A stretch of 62,431 nucleotides of DNA, counting the filler, from Dugesia japonica (Eukaryota): the NCBI GenBank assembly GCA_001938525.1. It is 6 parts of 6 records of this genome, joined end to end, with 100 filler letters (N's around TTAATTAATTAA, not from the genome) between each part and the next. Parts side by side here need not be neighbours in the genome. Positions count along the whole stretch, not along the records: positions 50,037 to 62,431 come from MQRL01634830.1; 5 more parts are not named here. One strand, given 5' to 3'. The first letter of the stretch is position 1. Every line of letters begins with the position of its first letter. Shown here one piece after another: positions 51,933-62,431 of this stretch. The position numbers were made by a program, and so were the translations under genes. The notes beneath the pieces were generated by a model. It did no database searches and was not told the origin of the DNA. It saw nothing but the letters and a program-made list of their open reading frames with translations.

Positions 51933-52627
51933 AAAAAATCAAATGTGAAGAAAAGTTAATAATTAATAAACTCAAAGTTTGCAATGACACATAACAAAAA
52001 AAATAATTTTAGAGAAATTCGCCTTTGTTTGTTTGTTATATTTTTCAGTTATTAAGCTTTCACTTTATTCACTTTGGTTTGTTTCATTTTTCGGTTATTG
52101 GTTTTATTGTTAAGCAATAACGTGTAAATATAAATTTGCTGTTTTTTTGCAAATAGAAAAATTATTTCTTTGAANNNNNNNNNNNNNNNNNNNNNNNNNN
52201 NNNNNNNNNNNNNNNNNNNNNNNNTTTGTAAAATATAAAAGAAAATATTTTAATGGTTCAACTATTTATAAAAAGGCAAAATTTTAAACTATGAATTAAT
52301 TATATAATTACACACCTTCACTCGATTTACGGAATTTCGTTATTACGGAATGAAAGAATAAATCCATAAATTCGATATACGTAAAAAAATCAAATGTGAA
52401 GAAAAGTTAATAATTAATAAACTCAAAGTTTGCAATGACACATAACAAAAAAAATAATTTTANNNNNNNNNNNNNNNNNNNNNNNNNNNNNNNNNNNNNN
52501 NNNNNNNNNNNNNNNNNNNNNNNNNNNNNNNNNNNNNNNNNNNNNNNNNNNNNGTTTTATTGTTAAGCAATAACGTGTAAATATAAATTTGCTGTTTTTT
52601 TGCAAATAGAAAAATTATTTCTTTGAA
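51933..52627. repeat. About 240-bp direct duplication around gaps (51933-52173 vs 52384-52627)
   Basis: Near-identical blocks flanked by N runs, probably an assembly artefact. Confidence 0.8.
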
Positions 52628-54277
52628 ACTAAAAAGTTACCCCGACAGTTATCTGAAGCTTTAAACCATTTCGATCCAAATCCTAAAAGAAAATGACTCC
52701 ACCAAAGAATGCAGTTCAAAGGTTTCCCGAAAGATGAACAGCCTTATCAATTACTATTAGTAGCTTTTCTCCGAATCTACTAAAACTAAAAAATATTCAT
52801 TTTTCAAATAAGCACCTCCATCCGAAGAAAATGAATGTAAAAATACTGAAGGACAAACTATAAGTCTTTCTATTGAATGAATTTAAATATTCTTAATTAA
52901 TATTTATGTTTATATAACTAATTTTTATAGCTGTAACTTTTTGTTTCTATTTTTTTATTATAATTAAAACGTGATCGAAAAACACAAAATATTTTTTATT
53001 TTATTGTTTTACAATTGCAATTATTNNNNNNNNNNNNNNNNNNNNNNNNNNNNNNNNNNNNNNNNNNNNNNNNNNNNNNNNNNNNNNNNNNNNNNNNNNN
53101 NNNNNNNNNNNNNNNNNNNNNNNNNNNNNNNNNNNNNNNNNNNNNNNNNNNNNNNNNNNNNNNNNNNNNNNNNNNNNNNNNNNNNNNNNNNNNNNNNNNN
53201 NNNNNNNNNNNNNNNNNNNNNNNNNNNNNNNNNNNNNNNNNNNNNNNNNNNNNNNNNNNNNNNNNNNNNNNNNNNNNNNNNNNNNNNNNNNNNNNNNNNN
53301 NNNNNNNNNNNNNNNNNNNNNNNNNNNNNNNNNNNNNNNNNNAAATTTTATTTTTTTGAAAGTTTTTCAACCTCCCTAACACCTAAAAAGCCCAAAACAT
53401 TTTTTAATGGATTTGGGCAAATTTGTTAATATTTTTTGTTCCTTTTCAAATATTATTATGAAGCCAATTATTTTTTCATTGAATTGTTATTATGTAAAGT
53501 AAATAATTAATATATACACATTTCTTAACTTGCTGTTGGGCTTCGAAGTTTTTGATATTATTGATTTTTTCTTGCGGACACTTTCTCTTTATTAGTCATC
53601 TTCATTCTGTTCATCTTTACTTTATAACATCTTAGTATCCTATACGAGTAGATACCCCAAAAGCCCGCAGAAACTTGATAATGCTTCGTGCCTTGTCCCA
53701 TCTGCCTTCAGTCCATGCAAGACTATGTGGTATTCAGTCTTTGGTTCCCAATTACTCTATGACTGCAGTTATTAATATCCTGGCTTTACTGACTAGTTTG
53801 ATCATTATATAAAATGAGTAAATACGAATAAAAATTTGAAAAGAAAAAGATTTCATTTACACCAACATGATCAGCAATTATTGAATATTATCTATTATTA
53901 TTTCTGGATTGCTCTTCCTTGCTTCTTCCCTATTTGTTGATGCTTGACTTAGTGTACAAAATGTTGCTATTAAAACGCCTTCTCGATTGGCGTACGACTT
54001 GATTATGTCAGCCATTAGTCTACTTGACTGGGATAGAGTCAAGTTGTGATCCTTGAGCCAAGTATTTTGTTCACGGAGCCATGTATTTCTTTGTCCGATT
54101 TCTACAATTTTTTTTGTAATTTTCTTATGTACCGCACACAATTTCTTCTATAGATTGACTGTCGAAGTCACTGACGAATTAGATTTCAAGTTTTACACTG
54201 AATAAATGAACTATTACAAGTAACTTAATCGATCGTAATATCAGTTATTAAGGTTTATAATTAGGGGTCGTTATAGT

Positions 54278-55482
54278 CAAGGCCAGATTTAGATGAAAAG
54301 AGACCCTAAGTTATTCCAATTATGAGGCCCTTTCACCTCCCATTTTTAAGTTTTTTAAAATTACATAAGGGATAATAAAATAAATTATTACTGTGATATA
54401 TATCAATATATTAAATGAAATATGTTGTGATTGGTACTCAACCTCGTCTTGGTCATTATGCTTCTTAATTGAAATTTGATATTTTTAAGTCTTGAAAATG
54501 ACCTTTCTCCAGTATAATTAGTGACTATTAAACTGAGAAACAGCCGTAAGATTGATTCCACATTGGGAAAGGCCACTTAAATATTTTCTTTGAATATTAT
54601 TTGATACAAGTTTGTACGTGTCAATGTGGAATTTTTTGAAGGCTTATGCGTTTGTCTCACATACGTGTTGAAATAAAATAGTTCTTCAGTAAGACTTTGG
54701 TTGTCATTTTCTGGGTATTGTTGCATTAACAGCTCAATACCTCTTTGAAGTTCTACCTTTGATGATGTAAGATCGGAAAGGAAGAAAACTATTTTTTATT
54801 ATATCATCACAAACAGAAACTCTTCTTCCTAAATTTGATTCTAGTTCATTTAATATAAGAATAAATGATTTAATCCTAAATTTATCTCTTGAAGATAGTT
54901 CGTTTAAGGCATAAGAGGCAGATGCATTTTCTTGATTCCCTTGCCGTTTCCTTTTTATCATCTTTCTGGCAGTTTTATTTTCAGTATTTCGCAACGTGTT
55001 TTTGCTTGTTGCTAAAATGCATCAAAATCTTCCCTACTTTGACGTAAAATATCCAAAAGTGACCTTTACCAATCTGCACAACTACTAAGTAAAATATTAG
55101 GGCTTTAAAGATTTTTATTTACTCTAGAAAAATGTCTGAGTATTCGATTCCAGAAATGGAGCATAAATACGAATAAAAATTCTTCCATCTTCTCTAAAAG
55201 ATTGTTGGCCCTCAATCTAATATCATCTTTTGTATTTTTACCTGAATGCACATAATTGAGTGCATTGGGGATATTATTGTAATTTTCTGAAATACCTTCT
55301 GTAGCTTTTGTGTTTGCCTCCCATCTAGTGTCTGATAAATATTTAGGCACTTTAGAATGATGTTTAAAATGTGATTTCAGAACTGCCAATCTTTTTGTGG
55401 AAGACGAAAAGAAGACAACACCAAAAGAATTAACAACATCAAGGAAACAATCAACAGCTGAATGTCCTACTATATTTAAAGA
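54278..55482 (-). mobile_element. hAT transposon 3' part (ZMYM1-like transposase) with terminal repeat
   Basis: LNIVG..AV, FFSSSTKR, KYLSDTRWEA, FMLHFWNRIL and the dimerisation domain FPNV...LRLFL.L.VTN..GERSFSRLK.IK..LRS.M; the end reads CAAGGCCAGATTTAG. Confidence 0.9.
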
Positions 55483-55554
55483 TTATATATTTTAAATTTA
55501 ATTTGTTTAAATATGCCGTATTAAACTTTATTATAAATTTATTATTATTTTGAA

Positions 55555-55825
55555 ATGCCGAAAAGAAAGTGTAATTCCAATTCAAATACTGACTGTGATA
55601 AAGTAATTAAGACTTCTAGAAGAAATATATTCATCGATGATTTTTATGAAATCAAAGAAGAACCATTAGATAGTTTATCCAACAAATGTGAAAGTCACAG
55701 TACAACTGTCGAAACCATACAAAGCGATATTTCTGAATTTGCAAATGTTGAAAGTTTTTCTATGTTAAAAAATAGAATTAATTTATTAGGATCTCATGAC
55801 ACATTTCACAATTCTGATATGTTAG
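55555..55825 (+). CDS. First exon of a probable nuclear protein (NLS and IKEEP motif); downstream exons not seen
   Basis: MPKRK start, a psi-KxE motif IKEEP, and a strong donor AG|GTAAGT at 55826. Confidence 0.6.
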
Positions 55826-56031
55826 GTAAGTTTATATATTTTATTTTCATTAAACTTTTCTATCTAAGTTTTATTTGAGCTTAAAAAGTTTTTTTAAAAT
55901 CTATTTTTAATGAAATATATTTAGAAATAAATTTTAATAATTCGACATTTTTCTCTATAAATTTCTCTCGTTCATTATAAACATGAAATTAATAAATTTT
56001 GTTCTTCTATTACACTTTGGATATGTTGAAA

Positions 56032-56619
56032 TGTTATGGATTAATTCCAACAGTTTATTTGCACTCCATCTCGCTGATAGTGCTCGTCTATGTGGAAAGT
56101 GTAAGAACTGGTCTTCTCGGTTTCACAAACGTGCTTTATTAGTAATTATTCAGGTTAGATAATCCCAATTTACACACTCCACTGTAATGCAAGACTCAAC
56201 GCCACCTGCCAAATCCCGCAGATCCTATCGATATCTTCGTATTATTTTATGAGAACCAAATTCGATTAAGATTGACACGAGTTTAGTTATGTAAAGCAAG
56301 TTGAAATTTTTGTGTGATTAGTGATCTTATTTTTTAAAATTTTCTGTCTAAAAGAGAGTTTAAATTATTGATGAAACATTTAAGTAAACAAATATTAGTT
56401 TAAGGATAAATTAAAATTATTGAATAATAAAGTTTAATTTTTTAATAAATAAAAGTTTTAATTTTTAAATTTTAGAAAAGAAGATCACTAATTAAAACAT
56501 GATTTTAATTTGCTTGTTTAACAATTAATGTTGGTTATAGTTTTGATTTTAATAAAGTATTTTTATGAATTCGGATTTTATTATTGATAATACGACGAGT
56601 TTTCCAAACCCAACTAACA
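56032..56619 (+). repeat. 5' LTR of a Gypsy element
   Basis: TGTTA...TAACA ends, followed directly by the PBS TGGTGGCAGCGG at 56620 (tRNA-Leu type). The left boundary is inferred because no second LTR is present. Confidence 0.7.
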
Positions 56620-59490
56620 TGGTGGCAGCGGTAAACACCGATGCAATCACAGAAAGCTTGTTGCCAAAAGTAGTTTGCAGAGGCAATGATCTAGAAAAGT
56701 TTATTAAACGGTGTGAAATATACTTTGAGGCAAAAAACATGGTTGCTAAGAAAGATCAGGAACGTTGGGTAACATGTATGCATCATGAGGATTTAATGGA
56801 AGCATATGTAAAGACATTGAAGAAAGCTGATGGATATCGAGAGAGATTAGCTTTTGAGAGCAACAGAGACATAATAAAAGATTTACCGAATCTTGTTAGC
56901 TATAAACGTGGGGATGAAGAACTTGAAGTGTTTTTTAAAAAAGTGGAAGATTTGGTCGATAAATCTTTAGCAAATGAAGAGTTGATGCTAATAATTTGTG
57001 CAAATAGTAAAAAAGCAGAAGAAAAGATTATCATGCAAAAATTGGAGAAAGTAGAAGACATAAAAGAAACGTTATCTTTGGTTGAAAAAATAGAAAGAAG
57101 AGAACCTATTAACGTTGTAAAGAGTTACGCTGGTGTAACATGTGAAGGACGTTTCGGAGAACGTATCGGAGAAAGGAGACAAAATATTGAGAGAATTACA
57201 AAAAGAACAAAACCACAGTGTTGGACATGCCAGAGTTATGGGCATACAAAAAGAGAGTATCCAAAACATATGTGGAATGTTGGACTTGTTGCAAAAATGG
57301 GCATTTTAGTAGAAATTTTCAAGACAAGAAACCACCAAAATGTTTTGGGTGTGGTAAAATTGGTCATGTTAGAAGGATGTGCACAGAAAGTGTATGCGGT
57401 AGATGTAAAAGATGCCATATGTATATGCCACAGAGCAGAAGAATGTTATTCGAACATTAGTAAACCTAGACTAGAAGAGAGAAGATACAATTTTAGAAGC
57501 GGACAACAAACAAAAGATTGGAGTCCGACAAAACCAATTCATGCCATTTGCGAAGAATTTGATGACAAAAATGAAGAGAGATTTTCTGAGAGCATAATAG
57601 AAAATGATGATCCACGAAGAGAATACCCAAAAAGCAGGGCTCCATCAGTATAGGAGTTGTTCAGAGCCATCCATTAAACGAGATACCCTTTGAATATCCT
57701 CAAGAGACCGAGAAATGGGATGAGACTAGTAAAGTAAGATTCTTAGTCTACAGATTCTTAAAAAGAGAAAGTTTCAATGATGCGGAAGTTAACAAAGCAG
57801 AAGTGATAGGAATAATTGAAGAGAAACAGAATGTAGAAATTTTGTATGATAAAATGCAAAGGAGACTTAGCATTTCAGTGATGATCAGGGGTTAACAGTT
57901 TGATTATTTGTTAGATACAGGAGCAAGAATAAATATGATGAGCATGAAAGGTTTTAATAGACTTCGAGAAACAATGTTAGAAAAAAAGCGAAGAACGGTT
58001 GCATTGTGAGAATAACAGCTCATTGGAGACAATTGAAAATATACGTCTGGAAGTTGGAGTTTCAGAGGTGTACAAGGAAGTAACATTTATAATAGTAGAG
58101 AAATTAATACCAGATCTAATTGGTATAGTGACATTTCAGAATACGTTTGGATATCATCTTCAGAAAAAGTGCAAAGTAAACATCAATAATCATCAAGGAA
58201 GATTTGTTTGCAACATCGAGGCAAACTTTGGAAGTCAGATACCGACGGGTGAACGATTGAGACATGCAATGGAGATTTTAGATATAAAAAAGATCTTAAA
58301 TTGGCTACGATTATTCAGAATAACGAGAATGTTTTTATGGCGGATAAATGCGAAATTAGATGTACACACTTAACAAAGCATCAAATAATCACTAAAGAAG
58401 GTCCAATCAACATTAAACCGTATCGCCAACCAATAAATCTTAAGGAGAAGATTAAAAAGGCTATCAAGAATCTATATGATAATGGTATCATCCGGTAGTA
58501 TAATTTGCAATAGAATACGCCATTAATCTGTTTTTGGAAAAAGGAAAAAAAGGATATACGATTATGTTTAGACTTTAGACAGCTCAATGCAATAACAGAA
58601 AGACAAGCGTTTCCTATGCCAAATGTGGGAAAAATGCTAGATGCTTTGGAAGGTACGCAGTATTTTAGCTCAATAGACTTGGGAAAGGCATACTACTAAG
58701 TGAGACTCAGTGAAAATTCTCAAGAAAAGACGGCTTTTTCGACCAAACAAGGGAAATTTTGTTTCAATAGAACGTCATTTGGAATTGCAGCAGCACCAGG
58801 TACGTCCCAGAAAATGATGAATAAAGTAATCGGAAAAATAAAAGGAGCGATGGTTTATCTANATGATATTCTCATATTTACCGATACAAAGGAGCAACAA
58901 CAAAGGAGCGAAATAATCAATGGAGTATTAACAGAAATTAAGAAGGCTGGTCTTAGAGTTAATCGGGAAAATGCCAATTCATGAGAAAGGAGATCAAATT
59001 TTTGGGACACGTTATCAGTAAAGAAGGTGTCAAAACAGATCCNNNNNNNNNNNNNNNNNNNNNNNNNNNNNNNNNNNNNNNNNNNNNNNNNNNNNNNNNN
59101 GCAATTACTATCGAAAGTTTATTAAAGATTATTCAAAGAAAGCTAGATTACTGGAACAGCTGTGTAGTGGGCCACGTAACAAGAAAATTGAATGGGCGAA
59201 TGAATTAGAAGACGTTTTTAATGAAATGAAAGAAATACTAATGATGTCTCCAATGTTATGTTTTCCAGATATAAATAGAGGATTTATTTTGGACACGGAT
59301 GCGAGTTTCGATACTATTGTGGCAGTACTATCTCAAAAAGACAACAATGAGCAAGCAAGAGTAATTGAATATGGGTCACACGTAATGGCGAGTCATGATA
59401 AAGGATATTGTACTATGCCGAAAGAATTGCTCGCCACTTACTATTTTTGTATTCATTTCTAACATTACTTATATGGGAAGAGATCATTGG
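56032..59490 (+). mobile_element. Gypsy/Ty3 LTR retrotransposon (gag, protease, RT, RNase H), truncated before integrase
   Basis: gag CCHC knuckles (CFGCGKIGHVRRMC and others), YLLDTGA, IRLCLDFRQLN, YFSSIDL, KTAFST, VYLxDILIF, FILDTDAS and ELLA..HF*HYLYG. Confidence 0.95.
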
Positions 59491-61590
59491 TTGACGTTAC
59501 TCTTTTTAACCCTTTTCTAGATATCGTATGTATTTTAGTATTATAACGTGTTATGTGTATTCTATGTTCTGTGTGAACATCTTCCTAATTATAGAACTCC
59601 TCGTTATTCTTTGCCTCATGCAACACATTTGCCGCATCTTTTAATGGACTACGCATATCAATTGTACCCTCGAAACACAAATCTTTACCTACCGTTTCTA
59701 ACGCAGGCAGATCTACTTTGACCTGTGCATCTACACCGCTGACACAACTTAAATTTTACCATACTCTTTGTTTGGTTTGCCGCCGTGTGAACATAAAACT
59801 CTGATCCGTAACATGATTTATTTCTCGACAATGTTGTCCTAGTTTTGGCCCAATTACTTTTCCATGATATTCCTTCCTGGTTTTGTTTTCGTTAATATAC
59901 GATTCATTGCTATATTCCACTTTATCAGGGCCACTACTAACTTCTTCTTTGAATCTATTCATATCTAGTTTACCATTTGGAGACATTGTTCTCAACAGAG
60001 CTAATCCTATAACACATTGAAACATTGAGTTCTCGACTACTTTCCTTGAATACATACACTTAAAGTCACCATCTGATATCCGACAATCCAATTCCCCGAT
60101 TAAGTTGATTGACTTTCCTGTTACTGTAAGCATCTGAGTTTTTTCTTTACAAATTCTTATTACGTCTTCTTCAATTATTGTTTTAAAATCGATTATGGAT
60201 CTGCTCGCCCGGTGTCTAGCATGCATCTGATTTCTCGGCCATTTATCCTCATCTTTTTCATCAGTACTTCATCACCTGGGATTGTTACCGGGCTTTAATT
60301 CTGCGGTTTTCTTTCTGGATAACAGTTGTATAAATTAGTCCTTCGGGTAGTTACTCGAAAGTGACCTGCTCCATTGATTTCACCGCTTCTATTATTTGGA
60401 CCCCTATAGATCGATTGGCATTCATTCCATCCATAATTACAACTGGGTAATTGTTGATTTCCACTCATCAATTTCCAATTCCATTAACTACCTACTTCAA
60501 TCTGCGATCAATTTCTCCAACAAGGTTTGACGTAATCTATCAAAACTTGGTTTAATTTCATTGAATGCCATTAGCACTTCGATGACATCTAATAACAAAA
60601 CATTTTCTTCTTTATTATTTATTTCTTCCATCGTCGTTTGTAATTCAAATACTTGCCTGATCGTCTGATTATCTCTGTCAAACGAGAGTGGATGCAATAA
60701 CAGTTTACTTTTTTCTGCCTTGATTACTTGTAGCATATTGATCTCTCTTTTTGTTCTCGTCACACTGTCGCATGTTTTTATCGTTCCCTTTTCAATTGAT
60801 TTAAAACTTTTCAATTGATTTAAAACTTAGTGACTTGAGATCCAGCGCATAATCTGACAAAAACTTGGGTATTAGATCTGTCCCCATAATAAAATCTTCA
60901 TCCATTTCCCTCATTGAAATTTATTGTTCCACAGTTCTGTCACCATAGCTTATTCAAAATATCGCTTTTCCTTTCAATTTAACTGGCTGTCCATTTACTC
61001 CCACAGCTAATAACTTTGTTTTCGTCTCAATGTTTTAAGTTTTTACTATTTACAACTGATATCGCTGCTCCAGTGTCAATTTATGCCACCATCATTTGCC
61101 CGTCTACAGAAATCTTAACTGTTAATCTTAGACCGATACTTCTTCCTGTATATATATATACATTCGCTATTGTTCGATTACCCGTTTGTCCTCGAATATT
61201 TGTAAAAGTTTGCTTGAAAGCTTCAGCTCTTTGTTCTATTCGTTTCGTTTTCTGCAAATCACTCAAATCACTTGCTTTGTCTCTCTCTACTGTCTCATTT
61301 AGTCCAATAGTATACCACCCATCTTTTCTCTTCTGGTATTGTTTGGTATACAAATGACACTTCTCTAGCTTCTCTTCCTCATCAAGTTACTTTTCACTAT
61401 CACATTGAATTTCCAAATCAACGCACGCTGCATAACTACTTTTCTCCAACTCATGGTTTGTATCTGATTCTTGCTTTAATGCTTTTCGACTTGACTTAAT
61501 TGTTTTAACCAGTCACTATTGGTTCCACGTTGTATCTGCAGCTCAATTTACCTCTACAGTTATTTTATACATGACCCTTTGTACCCCATC
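59490..61590 (-). mobile_element. Decayed LTR-retrotransposon-derived segment with two aspartic protease domains
   Basis: IDTGAAISVV..GVNGQPV..FIMGTDL (about 61110-60860) and LDTG/ASRSII..TVTGKSINLIG..CVIGLALL (about 60230-59990). Confidence 0.75.
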
Positions 61591-61639
61591 TATCATAATA
61601 TGTATACTTATTAATTCTATTAATTCTTATTAATTCGGC

Positions 61640-62431
61640 AGAATTACAAAATTAGTCAACAATATTCATCAGCAACTGGTTCATATTGCAAAAGGATTTG
61701 AAGCATGGTCAATTGCTATTGATAAACGTACATGCATAACTAATACTTCTCCCTATGCAGTATTTATTAGAGGAGTTGACAAAGCTCTGAATGTAACAGA
61801 AGAATTACTGGATGTATTAACTCTTAAGGGCACAACAACAAGGCGCGACATATTTCATGAACTAGAAATATGCTTTGATAATTCGTGATTACCGTGTAAT
61901 AAACCTGTGTCTGTATCAACTCATGGTGCACCAACGATGTGCTCTAAAAAAATTGGTGTTTTTGGATTAATGAAAGAAATACTGTAACATCTTGGTGTGG
62001 CAGGCAAATTTACAACAGTACATTGTATAATTCATCAAGAAGTACTCTGTTGCAAAGGTCTGCACATGGAAAAAGTTATGGACGTTGTTGTACGTACGAT
62101 CAACTTTATACGTGCAAGAAGTCTCAGTCACAGACAGTTCAATTACTTTCTGTCTACCTTAGACATTGAGTATGGTGAATTACTGTATCACACTGAAGTT
62201 AGATGGTTAAGTAGAAGAAATGTTCGGAAGAGGTTTTTTGCTTTGCAACAAGAAATAGCGCTCTTCATAGCAATGAAGTACAAATATGTTCCTCAACTTG
62301 CTGACTAAGCATTTATATCTCGTTTAGCGTTTCTAATCGATATCACAATGCACCTGGACGAACTGAACTTAAAGCTTCAAGGTGCAAATCAGATGATTGT
62401 TCAAATGTTTGATAGTGTCAAGTCCTTCAAA
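61640..62431 (+). pseudogene. hAT transposase (Buster/SPIN/GTF2IRD2-like), running off the window
   Basis: WSIAID...TNT...VFIRGV, TEELL....KGTTT..DIF, STHGAPTM, HCIIHQEVLC, LLYHTEVRWLSR and LAFLIDIT.HL.ELNLKLQG. Confidence 0.93.

Noticed and set aside
51604-53429. Several ORFs of 98-152 aa
   Set aside because: They consist almost entirely of N-gap codons.
57640-57680. Programmed gag-pol stop-codon readthrough at TAG 57651
   Set aside because: Another stop follows within seven codons and the protease is in a different frame; the copy is too decayed to judge.

Overview
This is very AT-rich eukaryotic DNA, probably from an invertebrate, with spliceosomal introns of about 37-48 bp; the species cannot be determined from the sequence. 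The window is not one continuous locus. Five identical 100-bp linkers (44N-TTAATTAATTAA-44N) join six pieces: 1-13212, 13313-21674, 21775-31295, 31396-41593, 41694-49936 and 50037-62431. Most of the sequence is decayed mobile DNA: pogo/Tigger, mariner, Merlin, hAT, a Penelope-like element, several Gypsy LTR elements and MITEs. The main structure is an endogenous Polinton/Maverick (adintovirus-type) dsDNA virus in piece 4. It runs terminus, packaging ATPase, small core proteins, rve integrase, minor capsid, a membrane-lytic-type protein, major capsid, adenain protease, a spliced accessory gene and pPolB. Piece 3 holds further Polinton termini and two pPolB remnants. Several genes of these elements appear to carry short GT-AG introns. 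This includes the capsid-maturation protease, which is missing from the ORF track but forms an intact 114-aa frame once a 37-bp intron is removed. Host-type genes are a three-exon NIT1-like nitrilase, one LITAF-domain exon, an intronless double-RING protein and the first exon of a probable nuclear protein. All family calls come from recognising motifs by eye; no searches were run.
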